A stretch of DNA of 64,000 bases, from NCBI GenBank assembly GCA_965113315.1, contig OZ220364.1; one strand, given 5' to 3'. Position 1 is the stretch's first letter. Each line of letters starts with the position of its first letter. A program made the position numbers and the translations under genes. Positions 23,768 to 34,524 of the stretch are shown one piece after another. This stretch comes from Podarcis vaucheri (lineage: Eukaryota). The notes beneath the pieces are model-generated. The model was given only the letters and a program-made list of their open reading frames with translations. It did no database searches and was not told the DNA's origin.

Positions 23768-23961
23768 AAGAAGAAGAAGTGCAAGAGGCAAATGCCCCTG
23801 AAATCAAGTATACCGATATAATTATCTACACTTCGGGATCTTTGGCCATCGCAATGGCTATTGTCATTGTTGTCTTGTGCCGGATGCAGACCCAGCCGAG
23901 CAAGCAGCCCTTGGAGCCCATGGCCGTACACAAACTCTCCAAATTCCCGCTCATTCGGCAG
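23768..23961 (+). CDS. FGFR4: FGFR4 exon 9 (transmembrane helix and juxtamembrane)
   Basis: EEEEVQEANAPEIKYTDIIIYTSGSLAIAMAIVIVVLCRMQ...VHKLSKFPLIRQ. Donor CAG|gtaggt. Confidence 0.97.
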
Positions 23962-24403
23962 GTAGGTACCGAGAGACCCAGAACTAACCTTAAAGTGGGT
24001 CAGAAGGATCCATTGTACCACTGCAGTGGTTTTCAAGGGCCCACAATGTTGTCTGCCTGCTTGGACCAAGAATCAGCAATGGATAAAGTGAGATACTCAG
24101 ATCCTCAGAGTACAACAAATTATTCAGGGTAGTAAAATCCCAGTCGGACCATGCAGATCTCTGAAAACAGCTCTCCCATGTTCAGCTAAATTCACCCTTC
24201 CCTGTTCACTGTCAGGGCAGCATCTGGTTGGCTAGATGGACCTTGTTCGCATTGTTGATGGCTCTTATTGGTGTTAGGTGTGTGTGTTCTGCCCTGTCCC
24301 TTGTTTCACTGTGTCCTTTGTGCCCTTGTCCAGTCCGTTCTTGCGCTGGAGTAAAGCAGTGTCTATGGGGCAATCTGCTTGAATGTTGGGTCTGTCTCCA
24401 CAG

Positions 24404-24713
24404 AATCATAGAATCATAGAGTTGGAAGAGACCACAAGGGCCATCGAGTCCAACCCCCTGCCAAGCGCATCAGAGCACTCCTGACATATGGTTGTCAAGC
24501 CTCTGCTTAAAGACCTCCAAAGTAGGAGACTCCACCACACTCCTTGGCAGGCAGCAAATTCCACTGTCCAACAGCTCTTACTGTCAGGAAGTTCTTCCTA
24601 ATGTTTAGGTGGAATCTTCTTTCTTGTAGTTTGGATCCATTGCTCCGTGTCCGCTTCTCTGGAGCAGCAGAAAACAACCTTTCTCCCTCCTCTATGTGAC
24701 ATCCTTTTATATG
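24404..24713 (-). mobile_element. CR1 LINE 3' fragment (copy B) inserted at the exon-10 splice acceptor
   Basis: Same CR1 ORF2 end and tail as 2170-2484. Flanked by direct repeat TCCACAG (24397-24403 and 24714-24720). Confidence 0.95.
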
Positions 24714-24720
24714 TCCACAG

Positions 24721-24866
24721 TTCTCCTTGGAATCCAGCTCCTCGGGGAAGTCCACCACATCCCTGATGCGTGTCACCCGCCTCTCCTCAAGCTGCACACC
24801 CATGCTGGCCGGGGTCATGGAAGTGGAGCTGCCTCTGGACTCCAAGTGGGAATTCCCACGAGACAG
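24721..24866 (+). CDS. FGFR4: FGFR4 exon 10 (juxtamembrane)
   Basis: [48 protein letters not shown]. Acceptor gtccacag abuts a CR1 insertion. Donor AG|gtaagt. Confidence 0.97.
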
Positions 24867-26076
24867 GTAAGTCTTGTGAGGTGCAACGTAGCTTCCTTCT
24901 GCATGTGCCGCTGAGGATGCTGGCCAGGCTCTCGCATGACTCACACAAGCCCAGTGTCAGAATGGCAAAGCTTCGCCTGCTCACCAAACTTGTATCAAGA
25001 TGTGTGTTTGTTAACACAAAGGGCTAGTTCCCACATGTGGTCCAGCTGCCAGATTGTCAGTGTCCTTAGACCCATGCTTGCCTGTGTTCACGCAGAGGAA
25101 GCAGCTGGTAAGCTGGAAGTTCACGTGTGCCTGGCTGCACAGGACTCTTGTTCCCACCAGCACAGTGGCTCCAAAAATGGCATCACAGCCATCACATACC
25201 ACCTGGTACGCATGTGCTTCAGTTTCACATGTTATTTCCCCCTCACAAGCGAGGGCAAGCACAGCAAGTAGAGTGGCCAAGTACCACAAAGAGGGAAGGC
25301 AGTAGAGTGCATGAGAGTACCGCTTTCTTCAAAGAACAAAACTGGAGAGGAGTCCATTGTAACCCTGCTTAGCTCTGTGACTAAGGGGCTAGCTATAAAA
25401 ATTGTCCGGTATCAAAAGCCGTGCAGTTTGTCTCTTGAATTGCTGCCTGTAGAACAAAGGTGGGGAACCTCAAACTGAGGGGCCAGGTGTGTGTGTACGT
25501 CAGCTATTATACAATGGCAAAATTTACATCCATTGCCTCACTCACTTTTGCACACACATAATTTGATTGTATGCTGCCTTTCCATAGTTCAAACCATGCT
25601 CAAGGCGGCTTACAACACGGAACAAAATACATAACTACAACACAACAAAAGTAGTCATAAACAATAAATTAAACAATAAAAAACTCAAAACCAAACTGAA
25701 CAATTTCCACATAAAACACAACAAAATCTAAAATAAAATACAAAAAACTAATGGCAACAACCATCCTCCCAAACAATACTCCAGGCCAAGAGTCTGTTCA
25801 GCAGCCTGAGCTTTTGTAGCTGGAGTCAGTCCGGGCCCCACCTTCCCAGGTCAGGTGGAAAGGGCAGACAGAGCAGGGAGCAGGTCTTCCAGAACTCAAG
25901 ACAAGATGGACTGTCTCTGGCATATGGCCCTCAGAAGAATGCCTAGAAGGGAATGCTGCCCTTGTGCTGGAAAAGGTTTCCCACTCCAGCTGCTACAGTC
26001 TCTTGGAAATGAACTTGTTAGTGAATTCTTGGAAATGAAAGGAATTTGTTAGTCAATGCACTGTATAGACATTGAT

Positions 26077-26336
26077 GAGCCAGTGTGGTGTAGTGGTTAA
26101 GAGCGGTAGTCACGTAATCTGGGTAACCGGGTTCGCGTCTCGGCTCCTCCACATGCAGCTGCTGGGTGACCTTGGGCCAGTCACACTTCTTTGAAGTCTC
26201 TCAGCCCCACTCACCTCACAGAGTGTTTGTTGTGGGGGAGGAAGGGAAAGGAGAATGTTAGCCGCTTTGAGACTCCTGAAGGGGAGTGAAAGGCGGGATA
26301 TCAAATCCAAACTCTTCTTCTTCTTCTTCTTCTTCT
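26077..26336 (+). mobile_element. Squam3-like (MIR/CORE-related) SINE with (CTT)n tail
   Basis: tRNA-like head gagccagtgtggtgtagtggttaagagc...gggttcg, CORE-like gctgggtgaccttgggccagtcac, (CTT)n tail, possible TSD tgatga. Confidence 0.85.
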
Positions 26337-26617
26337 GATGAACGCCCACCAATGATGCTTGTACGTATCGCCTCACCTCCCAACTTGGGATAGTTCATGC
26401 ATGGGCCTGGGAGAGAACATTGGGTCAGATTTCTATGTTGAGGTTGAGGCCCTGCAGATGCACCTGGTGCTAACCTCTGATTCTGCCCCACTGCAGGGGA
26501 CCTGCCAGCTTTCGGATACAGCCCTGAGTTTAGGTCCCACCCACCCAAATGCATCTGTACCCATGACGACATGAGGTTGTCCTTTTAAGGAGGCTTTGTA
26601 CCCTTCTTTTTCCCCAG

Positions 26618-26739
26618 GCTTGTGCTGGGCAAGCCACTGGGTGAGGGCTGCTTTGGGCAAGTGGTGAGAGCAGAAGCCTACGGCATTGATCAAGAACGGC
26701 CAGAGCGACCCATCACTGTGGCTGTCAAGATGCTCAAAG
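26618..26739 (+). CDS. FGFR4: FGFR4 exon 11 (kinase Gly-rich loop, VAVK)
   Basis: [40 protein letters not shown]. Confidence 0.98.
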
Positions 26740-26861
26740 GTAACCACAATATACAGGGCTAAGAGAGCCTGAATTGTGGAAGGACTTCAGTCCTTCCACT
26801 GTTGGATTCTAGTTTAGATCATGGGACACCCCAGTCTGACCTCCTTCTGTTGCCTTGCCAG

Positions 26862-26972
26862 ATAATGCCACTGACAAAGACTTGGCTGACCTCATCTCAG
26901 AAATGGAAATGATGAAACTGATGGACCAACACAAGAATATAATCAACCTGTTAGGAGTCTGTACGCAGGATG
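26862..26972 (+). CDS. FGFR4: FGFR4 exon 12 (alphaC helix)
   Basis: [37 protein letters not shown]. Confidence 0.98.
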
Positions 26973-27200
26973 GTAAGTGACTGCCTCTTTGGGCTGGGAA
27001 GCAGAGGGTACCAGGTGCTGTGAGGAAAGAGGCAGGGATGTTTGGGAGGTCAGGAGAGACCAGAAACTTCGTGGGGCCATTAGGAAGATGCTGCAACTGA
27101 ACAATGGAGCTCTGATGTTCCAGGATAGGAGCAGACATTGTACGGGATTTATGAAGACTGCACCTGAGAGCACAGGCTCACATATAACTCCTGACTGCAG

Positions 27201-27391
27201 GGCCTCTCTATGTGATTGTGGAGTTTGCTGCCAAGGGGAACTTGCGGGAGTACCTGCGCGCCCGTCGCCCTCCCACGCCAGACTACACCTTTGATATCAC
27301 CAAGATGCCTGAGGAGCAGCTGTCCTTCAAAGACTTGGTCTCCTGTGTCTACCAGGTGGCACGTGGCATGGAGTACCTGGAGTCCAAGCGG
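27201..27391 (+). CDS. FGFR4: FGFR4 exon 13 (hinge and kinase insert)
   Basis: [64 protein letters not shown]. Confidence 0.98.
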
Positions 27392-27811
27392 GTAAGAGCA
27401 GCCTGGCCCAAATGGCTTTGCCCCCTCACCAACCCTAGCAGGATCCTTACTTAAGCAGAAATGACTGGTGGCCAATGGGCAAGTGTCATCTGAAGCGTTG
27501 GCAGGTTCTGTTGGAGTGCCAACAGTGAAGGCTCTAAGCCAAGCATTGGCACGCTAAAGCTTTTGCTGGGCTCTTGACTAGCCCGCGAGGGCAGCTACAT
27601 GAGGGTTAGGTCTACCAAAGGAGAGGGGCCGTATGTACCAGGCCTGGGCAGCCATCATGTGATGAAGGAGTGAATGGCAAGGCAGAGAGGCAGCGAAGCT
27701 ACTCCTGACTCTCATGGTAGATGCAGCAACAACCCACTAGCCCAGATGTGTCTTCCATTGGACTGCAGTCTGGGCTGCAGTGGGCTCTCCGGATCCTCAA
27801 GAGAGGATTCA

Positions 27812-27813
<2 letters not shown>

Positions 27814-27862
<49 letters not shown>
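27814..27862 (+). repeat. (TC)~24 microsatellite forming the exon-14 polypyrimidine tract
   Basis: Uninterrupted TC repeat running directly into gcag|TGC. Confidence 0.95.
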
Positions 27863-27865
<3 letters not shown>

Positions 27866-27866
27866 G

Positions 27867-27989
27867 TGCATTCACCGGGACCTGGCTGCTCGCAACGTCC
27901 TTGTCACCGAAGAAAACGTCATGAAAATTGCAGATTTTGGCTTGGCCCGGGGAGTTCATGACATTGACTACTACAAGAAAACCAGCAAT
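27867..27989 (+). CDS. FGFR4: FGFR4 exon 14 (HRD, DFG, activation loop)
   Basis: [41 protein letters not shown]. Confidence 0.99.
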
Positions 27990-28448
27990 GTGAGTGAGAT
28001 GGTATTTGAGAGGCACGGGAGGGGAAGACTCAGAATTGTCAACAGGCTTTGGAAATACGCAATGCAGTTGGGGGAAAAAGGAGCGTGGGCACTGGGGGAG
28101 AGCAATTACTGTGCTCTGTATTTCTTAACAATAAATGGTTAACAATGCATGGAAGGCAACTTGGGAGGGTAGCTACCCTGACAGATGGCATATCAACCTT
28201 TTAAATAATAATGTAGTATAAAGTAGTAGAGAAACCTTCATAGCCCTTTGTGTGTGCATACACACGTTCCTGCATTACCCTGTTGGTAAAGAGAGATAAT
28301 TTTATTACTGTTTACTTTCAAGGAATCCAGGGTCTTGTAGGAAACTAGGATGAGCACATCTATGGGGGTGGATATGTGGCTATTGCTCAGTGGATGCTAG
28401 AGGGTAGAACTCAAAAGAGGAGACATTGCCCAGGGAAAGTGTCAATGA

Positions 28449-28550
<102 letters not shown>

Positions 28551-28695
28551 TAAGTTTGACTCTGCAAGGCTCTCACAATCACATCAGCCTACACAGCTAT
28601 ATCTGGCAGAGCAGCTGAGCTACTGTGTTTTTAAAAGGGAGAAGTTGCCTTATACTAAAGCAGAGCATTGATCCATCTTGCTCAGTACTGCCTAC

Positions 28696-28832
28696 CAGTG
28701 TTGCTCTAACTTGGGTCCCTGACTGTTGTTGGACCACAAGTCCCATCATCCCTAATTAGCAGGAGCATTAGTCAGGGATGATGGAGGTTGTACTCTTAAC
28801 AATATCTGGAGACCCACATTTGAGAAACACTG
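28696..28832. mobile_element. hAT MITE (family of 1740-1875) nested in an antisense SINE
   Basis: Ends cagtgttgctctaacttgggtcc / gagacccacatttgagaaacactg. Internal cccatcatccct...cagggatgatgg. Confidence 0.75.
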
Positions 28833-29229
28833 ACATACACTAGCTCTCTGGGGTCTTTCCTACTTTTATTTAAAGATGCAAAGAATTGAACTTGGGGTGT
28901 TTTGCATGCAAGCTACAGCCCTTTCCCAACCATCCTGGCTGTATGGAGAATAAATGGGCCTATTTGTCAGTCCTACTAGATGAACCATAAGTGGCATGGA
29001 AAAGCCAGGATGCAATGTCCCTTCCTGCCTGCATAAAGATGACAAGAAGCATAGAGTTGCTTGCTCCCTGTAAAGTGGTCCACCTTTGTAACTGGTCTCC
29101 AGCATATGTAACTTCAATACATTCCACCTCTGTGGTCACAAATCCATCTTTGTGAGATTTTGCTGAAGTAGTGCACATTCCACGGGGGCAAGGTCCACCT
29201 TCTGATGCTTGGTGGTAGTGTAGGGCTAA

Positions 29230-29445
<216 letters not shown>

Positions 29446-29533
29446 TAAGTGTGTGTGCCTCTTAACCACAGCACCTGCATCCATATTATGGGATGCTCTA
29501 GCCTGAGATGTCCCCTCCCCTTTCCCCAAACAG

Positions 29534-29639
29534 GTACATGATGATGCGCGAGTGCTGGCACGCTGTGCCTTCCCAGCGGCCCACCTTCAAGCAGCTGGTA
29601 GAGGGACTGGATAAGGTCTTGGTTGCTGTCTCTGAAGAG
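29534..29639 (+). CDS. FGFR4: FGFR4 exon 17
   Basis: [35 protein letters not shown], preceded by an 89-nt intron. Confidence 0.98.
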
Positions 29640-29779
29640 GTAGGTTCAGACCACCAGGAAGAGGCATGAACGCAGCTGTTTCAGAAACCCTTTTAAGTTC
29701 CCTGAAGCAGAAGTAGAGGGAGCCAAGCCTTTGTCCCTTGTGAATGCTGACTGGGTGTCCTTTCTCTCTTTCCCTTCAG

Positions 29780-29926
29780 TATCTGGACCTGTCAATGCCC
29801 TTTGAACAGTATTCTCCATCCTGCGAGGACACGACCAGCACCTGCTCCTCTGACGACTCTGTCTTCACCCATGACCCTCTGCCCATCACCCCCTGCCTCT
29901 TCCCCTACCACAATGTGCGGACATGA
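29780..29926 (+). CDS. FGFR4: FGFR4 exon 18 coding part (C-tail with YLDL PLC-gamma docking motif, stop TGA)
   Basis: [48 protein letters not shown]. Confidence 0.97.
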   Translation, partial: YLDLSMPFEQYSPSCEDTTSTCSSDDSVFTHDPLPITPCLFPYHNVRT

Positions 29927-32746
29927 GGAGAGTAGCAGGCAGTGGACCCCAGGGCAGGATTTCCTCTCTCTCTATTCCTAGAGGATTACGCAGCTTGGGA
30001 GCAGAAGTTCTTACATTGTCCCTGGTGGAAGAAAATGCTGGGAGCCATATCAGCAGGGGCTGAGAGTGCATCTCAAGGTCCTGGAGCCTGCTGGACACCC
30101 GCAACTTAAAGGTTCCCTGGCGAGGACTGGATGCTTTCCTTGTAAACTTCTGCAGGTGCTCCCAGCACTCGTGCTGGTGCCTTCTTGCCCTATCATCTCA
30201 GGTTCCCTCAAAGCCGTTGCTCTAGCTGAGCCTTGGATGCTACCAGCTGTCTGGGGAGAAGTAGGACCAGATAAGCAGGGAGGAACCTAATCCCAGGGAG
30301 AGCAGCACTCTCGACATGCCTGGGCTCCCCCTTCACCCAACCCATGGGACCATTCCCCCCAGCCATGGGGTGCCCTGCTTGTTTGTTTGATACTATTCCC
30401 AATTTAATAATATTTTTATGAAATCTCATTATTTGGCAGGAGCCAGCCAGCTTTCTCAGGCCCACCCCATCCGCACCTGGACACATGACCACAAGGACAG
30501 ACGTTTTGAGCGGGGTGTGACCTTTCCCTCCTGGCTCCTGCTGTCCCCTGTACATAACCCTAGAGATAAATATTTATGTACATATCATTTCTAATGCACA
30601 TGAATTATCCACACCCATAAATTATTTTTTTGGAATAGAGCCTTCTGCCTAGGCCGTTTCTTTGCTCCAGGGAAAGGTATGGCCTGCTTCCAAGGAAGTG
30701 TTAGCCTCTGCTGGGACCCATCTGCTAGGGAAGTGGATCTTGAAGTACCATCATCTCTCCCATAGGGCTGGGAAGGCAGCTCAGACCACTTGGGTCTTGA
30801 CTGGCCTGGCTGCAGCAGTCGTATGTCAAGGCCAAGTGGGACTACTGCAACTTAACTGGGCTTCTGTCTAGGTGAATGTTGTGGAAGTGCTCTCTATTTG
30901 ATGGACAGCCTGTGGTTCTTATCCTTTCTGTGATAACTGCTGGAGAGAAGTTGATTGGCCAGTTGGATCCTTCTCTCGGTGCCCCCATCAAAGCCTCAAG
31001 ATCATGGCCAGATCTTGGGCCAGCTGTAAACCAAGGAAGTACAGTGCCTGCAACACCCCAAAGACTAAGGAGGAGGGAATATAAGCACATCTGTCTAGGG
31101 GTGGTGGTGAATGAAGCCCTTGACCCTTGGAAGAGTCCTTGCAAGCCTGTTTTGCTGGTGGCTGGCTCTTCCTAGCAGTGAGCGCTGGCACAACTTAGGC
31201 CACATTGAGCCTATGGGGCTTCAGCTTCTATGTCCGTCATCAAAGGTTGGGTGGATTTGAGCCCAAGCAGGCACCTGTACTGTCTGCTTGCATGCAGAGT
31301 GTGCACCTGTGTACGTCTCCCGTAGCGTGGAGCAGGCCAAAAAAAAAAGGGGGGAGCAGGGGCATCACTTCCATTCCTGCTCAGCTTGCTCACGCACAAA
31401 GCACTCCCCCATCTGTTCTGCATTAGCCGCTGTTCCGTTTAAGCCACCGTGAACTCTGCTACCAGCATCTCCCTGAAATTGATCCAGCAACTGGCCACTC
31501 TTTCAGAGCCTGGGAATCTATCTCTGGATACAGCAGAGCCCAGTGGGAATATTCCTCCCCCTCCCGGCTATTGGTCCAAGCACAATGATCTGAAAGGGAG
31601 CCCTCAGAATCCTCCTTTTCTGCCTGGTCGTAGTTGCAGAGGATCTGGCATGCCAGGAAGCTGGAGAAGGATATTTAGGGGAAGCATTTGACCATTTATT
31701 GCTTCCGACTCCAGCCCCCTTTGCATGCGGGATGCCCCGGTGCTTGCCCGCTCTTCCTCCCGCCCCTGAGCTATGCACAAAGCATGGGCTCAGCCCCAGG
31801 AGGTAGCTGCAGCTGTCTGTCTCCCCCACCCTGCCCCATCCACTTGGTTTAAAGTTTCACAAGAGACCTTGTGAAGGAATTGCAACCCCTGCTGTCCCAG
31901 TGGGGATAGGGTTTCAATGGGCCATTTCCCCCTGCGCTGCTTCCTCTCTCCCAGCTGTAGCCCATCGTTCCCCCTCCAGCTGGGTTGAGAAGGGATGAGA
32001 AACACAGCGCCAGAAGCTGCCTGTCGTCCTACGCTTCGTTCCCATCAAAGGGGGTGTGCTGGAATGAGGTGGAGCATGCATCTGTATGCTGCTGCTGCCG
32101 CCATGATTGTGTGCGGGCAGCTGGATCATGTATATGGGCCTCGGGGCACAGACTCCAAAGGGCAGCACAAAGGCTTTTGCCCAAGGGCACAGGAGATGCT
32201 GCGACAGGTGCAAAGACATGAGTCCTTGCTAATCCCGTCAGCATCCTCTGTTACCGTCTTCAGACTCAGTCCTGCACGTACACCAGTATGGGCCACTGCA
32301 GCACTTGAGGAAATCTAACCCTGAGCTTCTACTAACAGCTTCCAGAGGCATGTTAATCCAGTTGCTTCTTTGCTCACTCTTGTAAGCCAGCATGATGGAT
32401 GTTTCAGCTTGTCCCGTGCCATCTTCCAAGCAAGACACATGGATGACATTGGAGGCTGAGCTTAATTGGTGACAAGCTGCAGGGAGAAGGGAGGGAGAGA
32501 GTCTGGAAATACGTGCAGATGCAACTGTGCTTCATCCTACACACTCCGGTGCAAAAAAACTAGTACTCTGGTGGGGCTCTTAAAGAGTCAACACTTCCAT
32601 TATAATATATGTTTGGATCCCCTTTAGCAGATAACGGATCCTGTGAGGAATGTACAACATCAGAGTTAAGTTACATTTGAGCCAAATTTTGCAGGTGCAA
32701 ACAATTGTAGAAGCAAAATTCATTGGTGCAAAAAGTTGCTTTTTCT

Positions 32747-32752
32747 ATTAAA
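32747..32752 (+). terminator. Candidate FGFR4 poly(A) signal ATTAAA
   Basis: ATTAAA in a U-rich context followed by GU-rich sequence. It would imply a ~2.8 kb 3' UTR; not verifiable without RNA data. Confidence 0.3.
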
Positions 32753-34487
32753 TTCTAATTTTTATACTGCTGAACTTCCCGATTGTGGAGTTTGGCATAT
32801 CCAGTGCAGTAGTAATAACACGTCCAAGTGGTCACACTTGCAAATTGTTGTTTCCATCTCATACTTATGATGAGCAAATGGTTTAATTAAGTTGAATCCT
32901 GACTTGGATGCAGCCCAAATGCTCCTCTATCCTGCCTAGTCTCCCCCATGTGGTTTCCTGGATTCCTACCACATGGCTGCTATTCCCTATTCAAACCGCT
33001 GCTGCCTGCCACCATCCAGGGCAAATGTATGGGTTACCCCCGTGAACAGACTGGCCTTGAATGGGACAGAAAAGTAGGTCAAGGGCTGCTCCTTGGAGGA
33101 GGAGATATGCTGTGGAACTGGCAGGTTCAAAAACAGTTGGATGCCTAGTCCGCTGCAGTAGGCGAGTAGTTTGCTCAGCTTGTGTGTCTCGATGATGTCC
33201 AAGACCAAAACCAGCAAGAGTCAGAGAGGTCTGGGGATGAATGGTGACCAGAACTAGTACAGCAAATGCCAGAGGATGTTCACACTCTTTAACTACTAGT
33301 AGTTAAAATGAAGCCATAATAGGGGCAAATTATCAAACATCTGCCTGGTTACAGTGTGGAAGGGATTTGGCACTTTCCTGAGAGGCTGGGGCCAGCAACA
33401 GGCGACTCGCTGCTGGGATCTGCAAATGATCCAACTGGCAAGGTTGCTCTTCCTGTGACTTTTCACATCTCATCCAGCGCAGATCATACCAGCTCCTAAC
33501 AAGTCCTTGGAGGCCCTTTTCCCTGAGATGTTGACAGCTCTTACATGGCTTTTTCTGCCAAAACAATGTAACTAATCTGAAATGGAACTGACAGGGCTTC
33601 TGAAAGGCAGACGTCCTCTTTGCCCTTGGTGGTAGAAGAGACATGTTAACCTATTCAGAGGACCCGGTTGAGCATTCAGCCCCTGGTCGATGCCAATCCT
33701 CTTAACCACGGAAGCCACTAGAAAGGCCAATCGGAACCAACCAGCTGCCAACCCACCAGGAAGCAGTAGGTGTTTGGGATAGCACAGCACAAGGAATTAA
33801 TGGGGCTTTTGCTCCTGTTCCAATGGTTGGAACTGACAGCTGGGTCCCAAAGGAGGACCACAATATATTGGTGGGTTTCCCCAGTTAAAAGCAAGGGAAG
33901 CACTGGCACTGGGAATCAGAAATTGTTATTTGAAAAGCTGGAATGGAGTGGCACAGGATGCCAAAAACTGCCTAGGGTTGAGGGCAGAACAGAGCTGATT
34001 TCCTAGAACTCACACGTTTATGCCACCCACCGAAAACTTTGAACCTGTGCACCTGGGTGGTATTCCAGACTTGGCGTTTGTCAGCAAGTTTCAGCTTCCT
34101 CAGAGGCTCCCCACAAGATGGAGCGTTAGCTATTTGTGCCATGTGGTCAGACACATGGCACATCTTTCCCTTTCTGGTTGGATAGTTCTCACCAGAGGTG
34201 TGCAAATGCTGAGGGCATGGGCCCCCTGAACAAATATTCCACTAGAATATTTGTGCAATCAATCATAGGGCCTCATCCAGCTGTGAGGGGGTAATGTCCC
34301 TAAAGCACATTATTACCCTCCTCTGAATTTTCCTGGCAAGTGAGTGAAACAGGCAGAGTTGGATCCTTCACCATGTGCTTTATTAAGATGTTAGATGATA
34401 GCTTTTGGCAGAACTGATAATGGTGGACTCTCTAGCTTCTGCAAGAACCTAGATTGATTGATTGATTTTACTCCAGAGCCTTCCATT

Positions 34488-34524
<37 letters not shown>

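Noticed and set aside
24507-24944. Minus-strand 145-aa ORF fusing antisense exon 10 to the CR1 ORF2 end
   Set aside because: Chance open frame across the junction; no promoter or splice evidence for an antisense gene.
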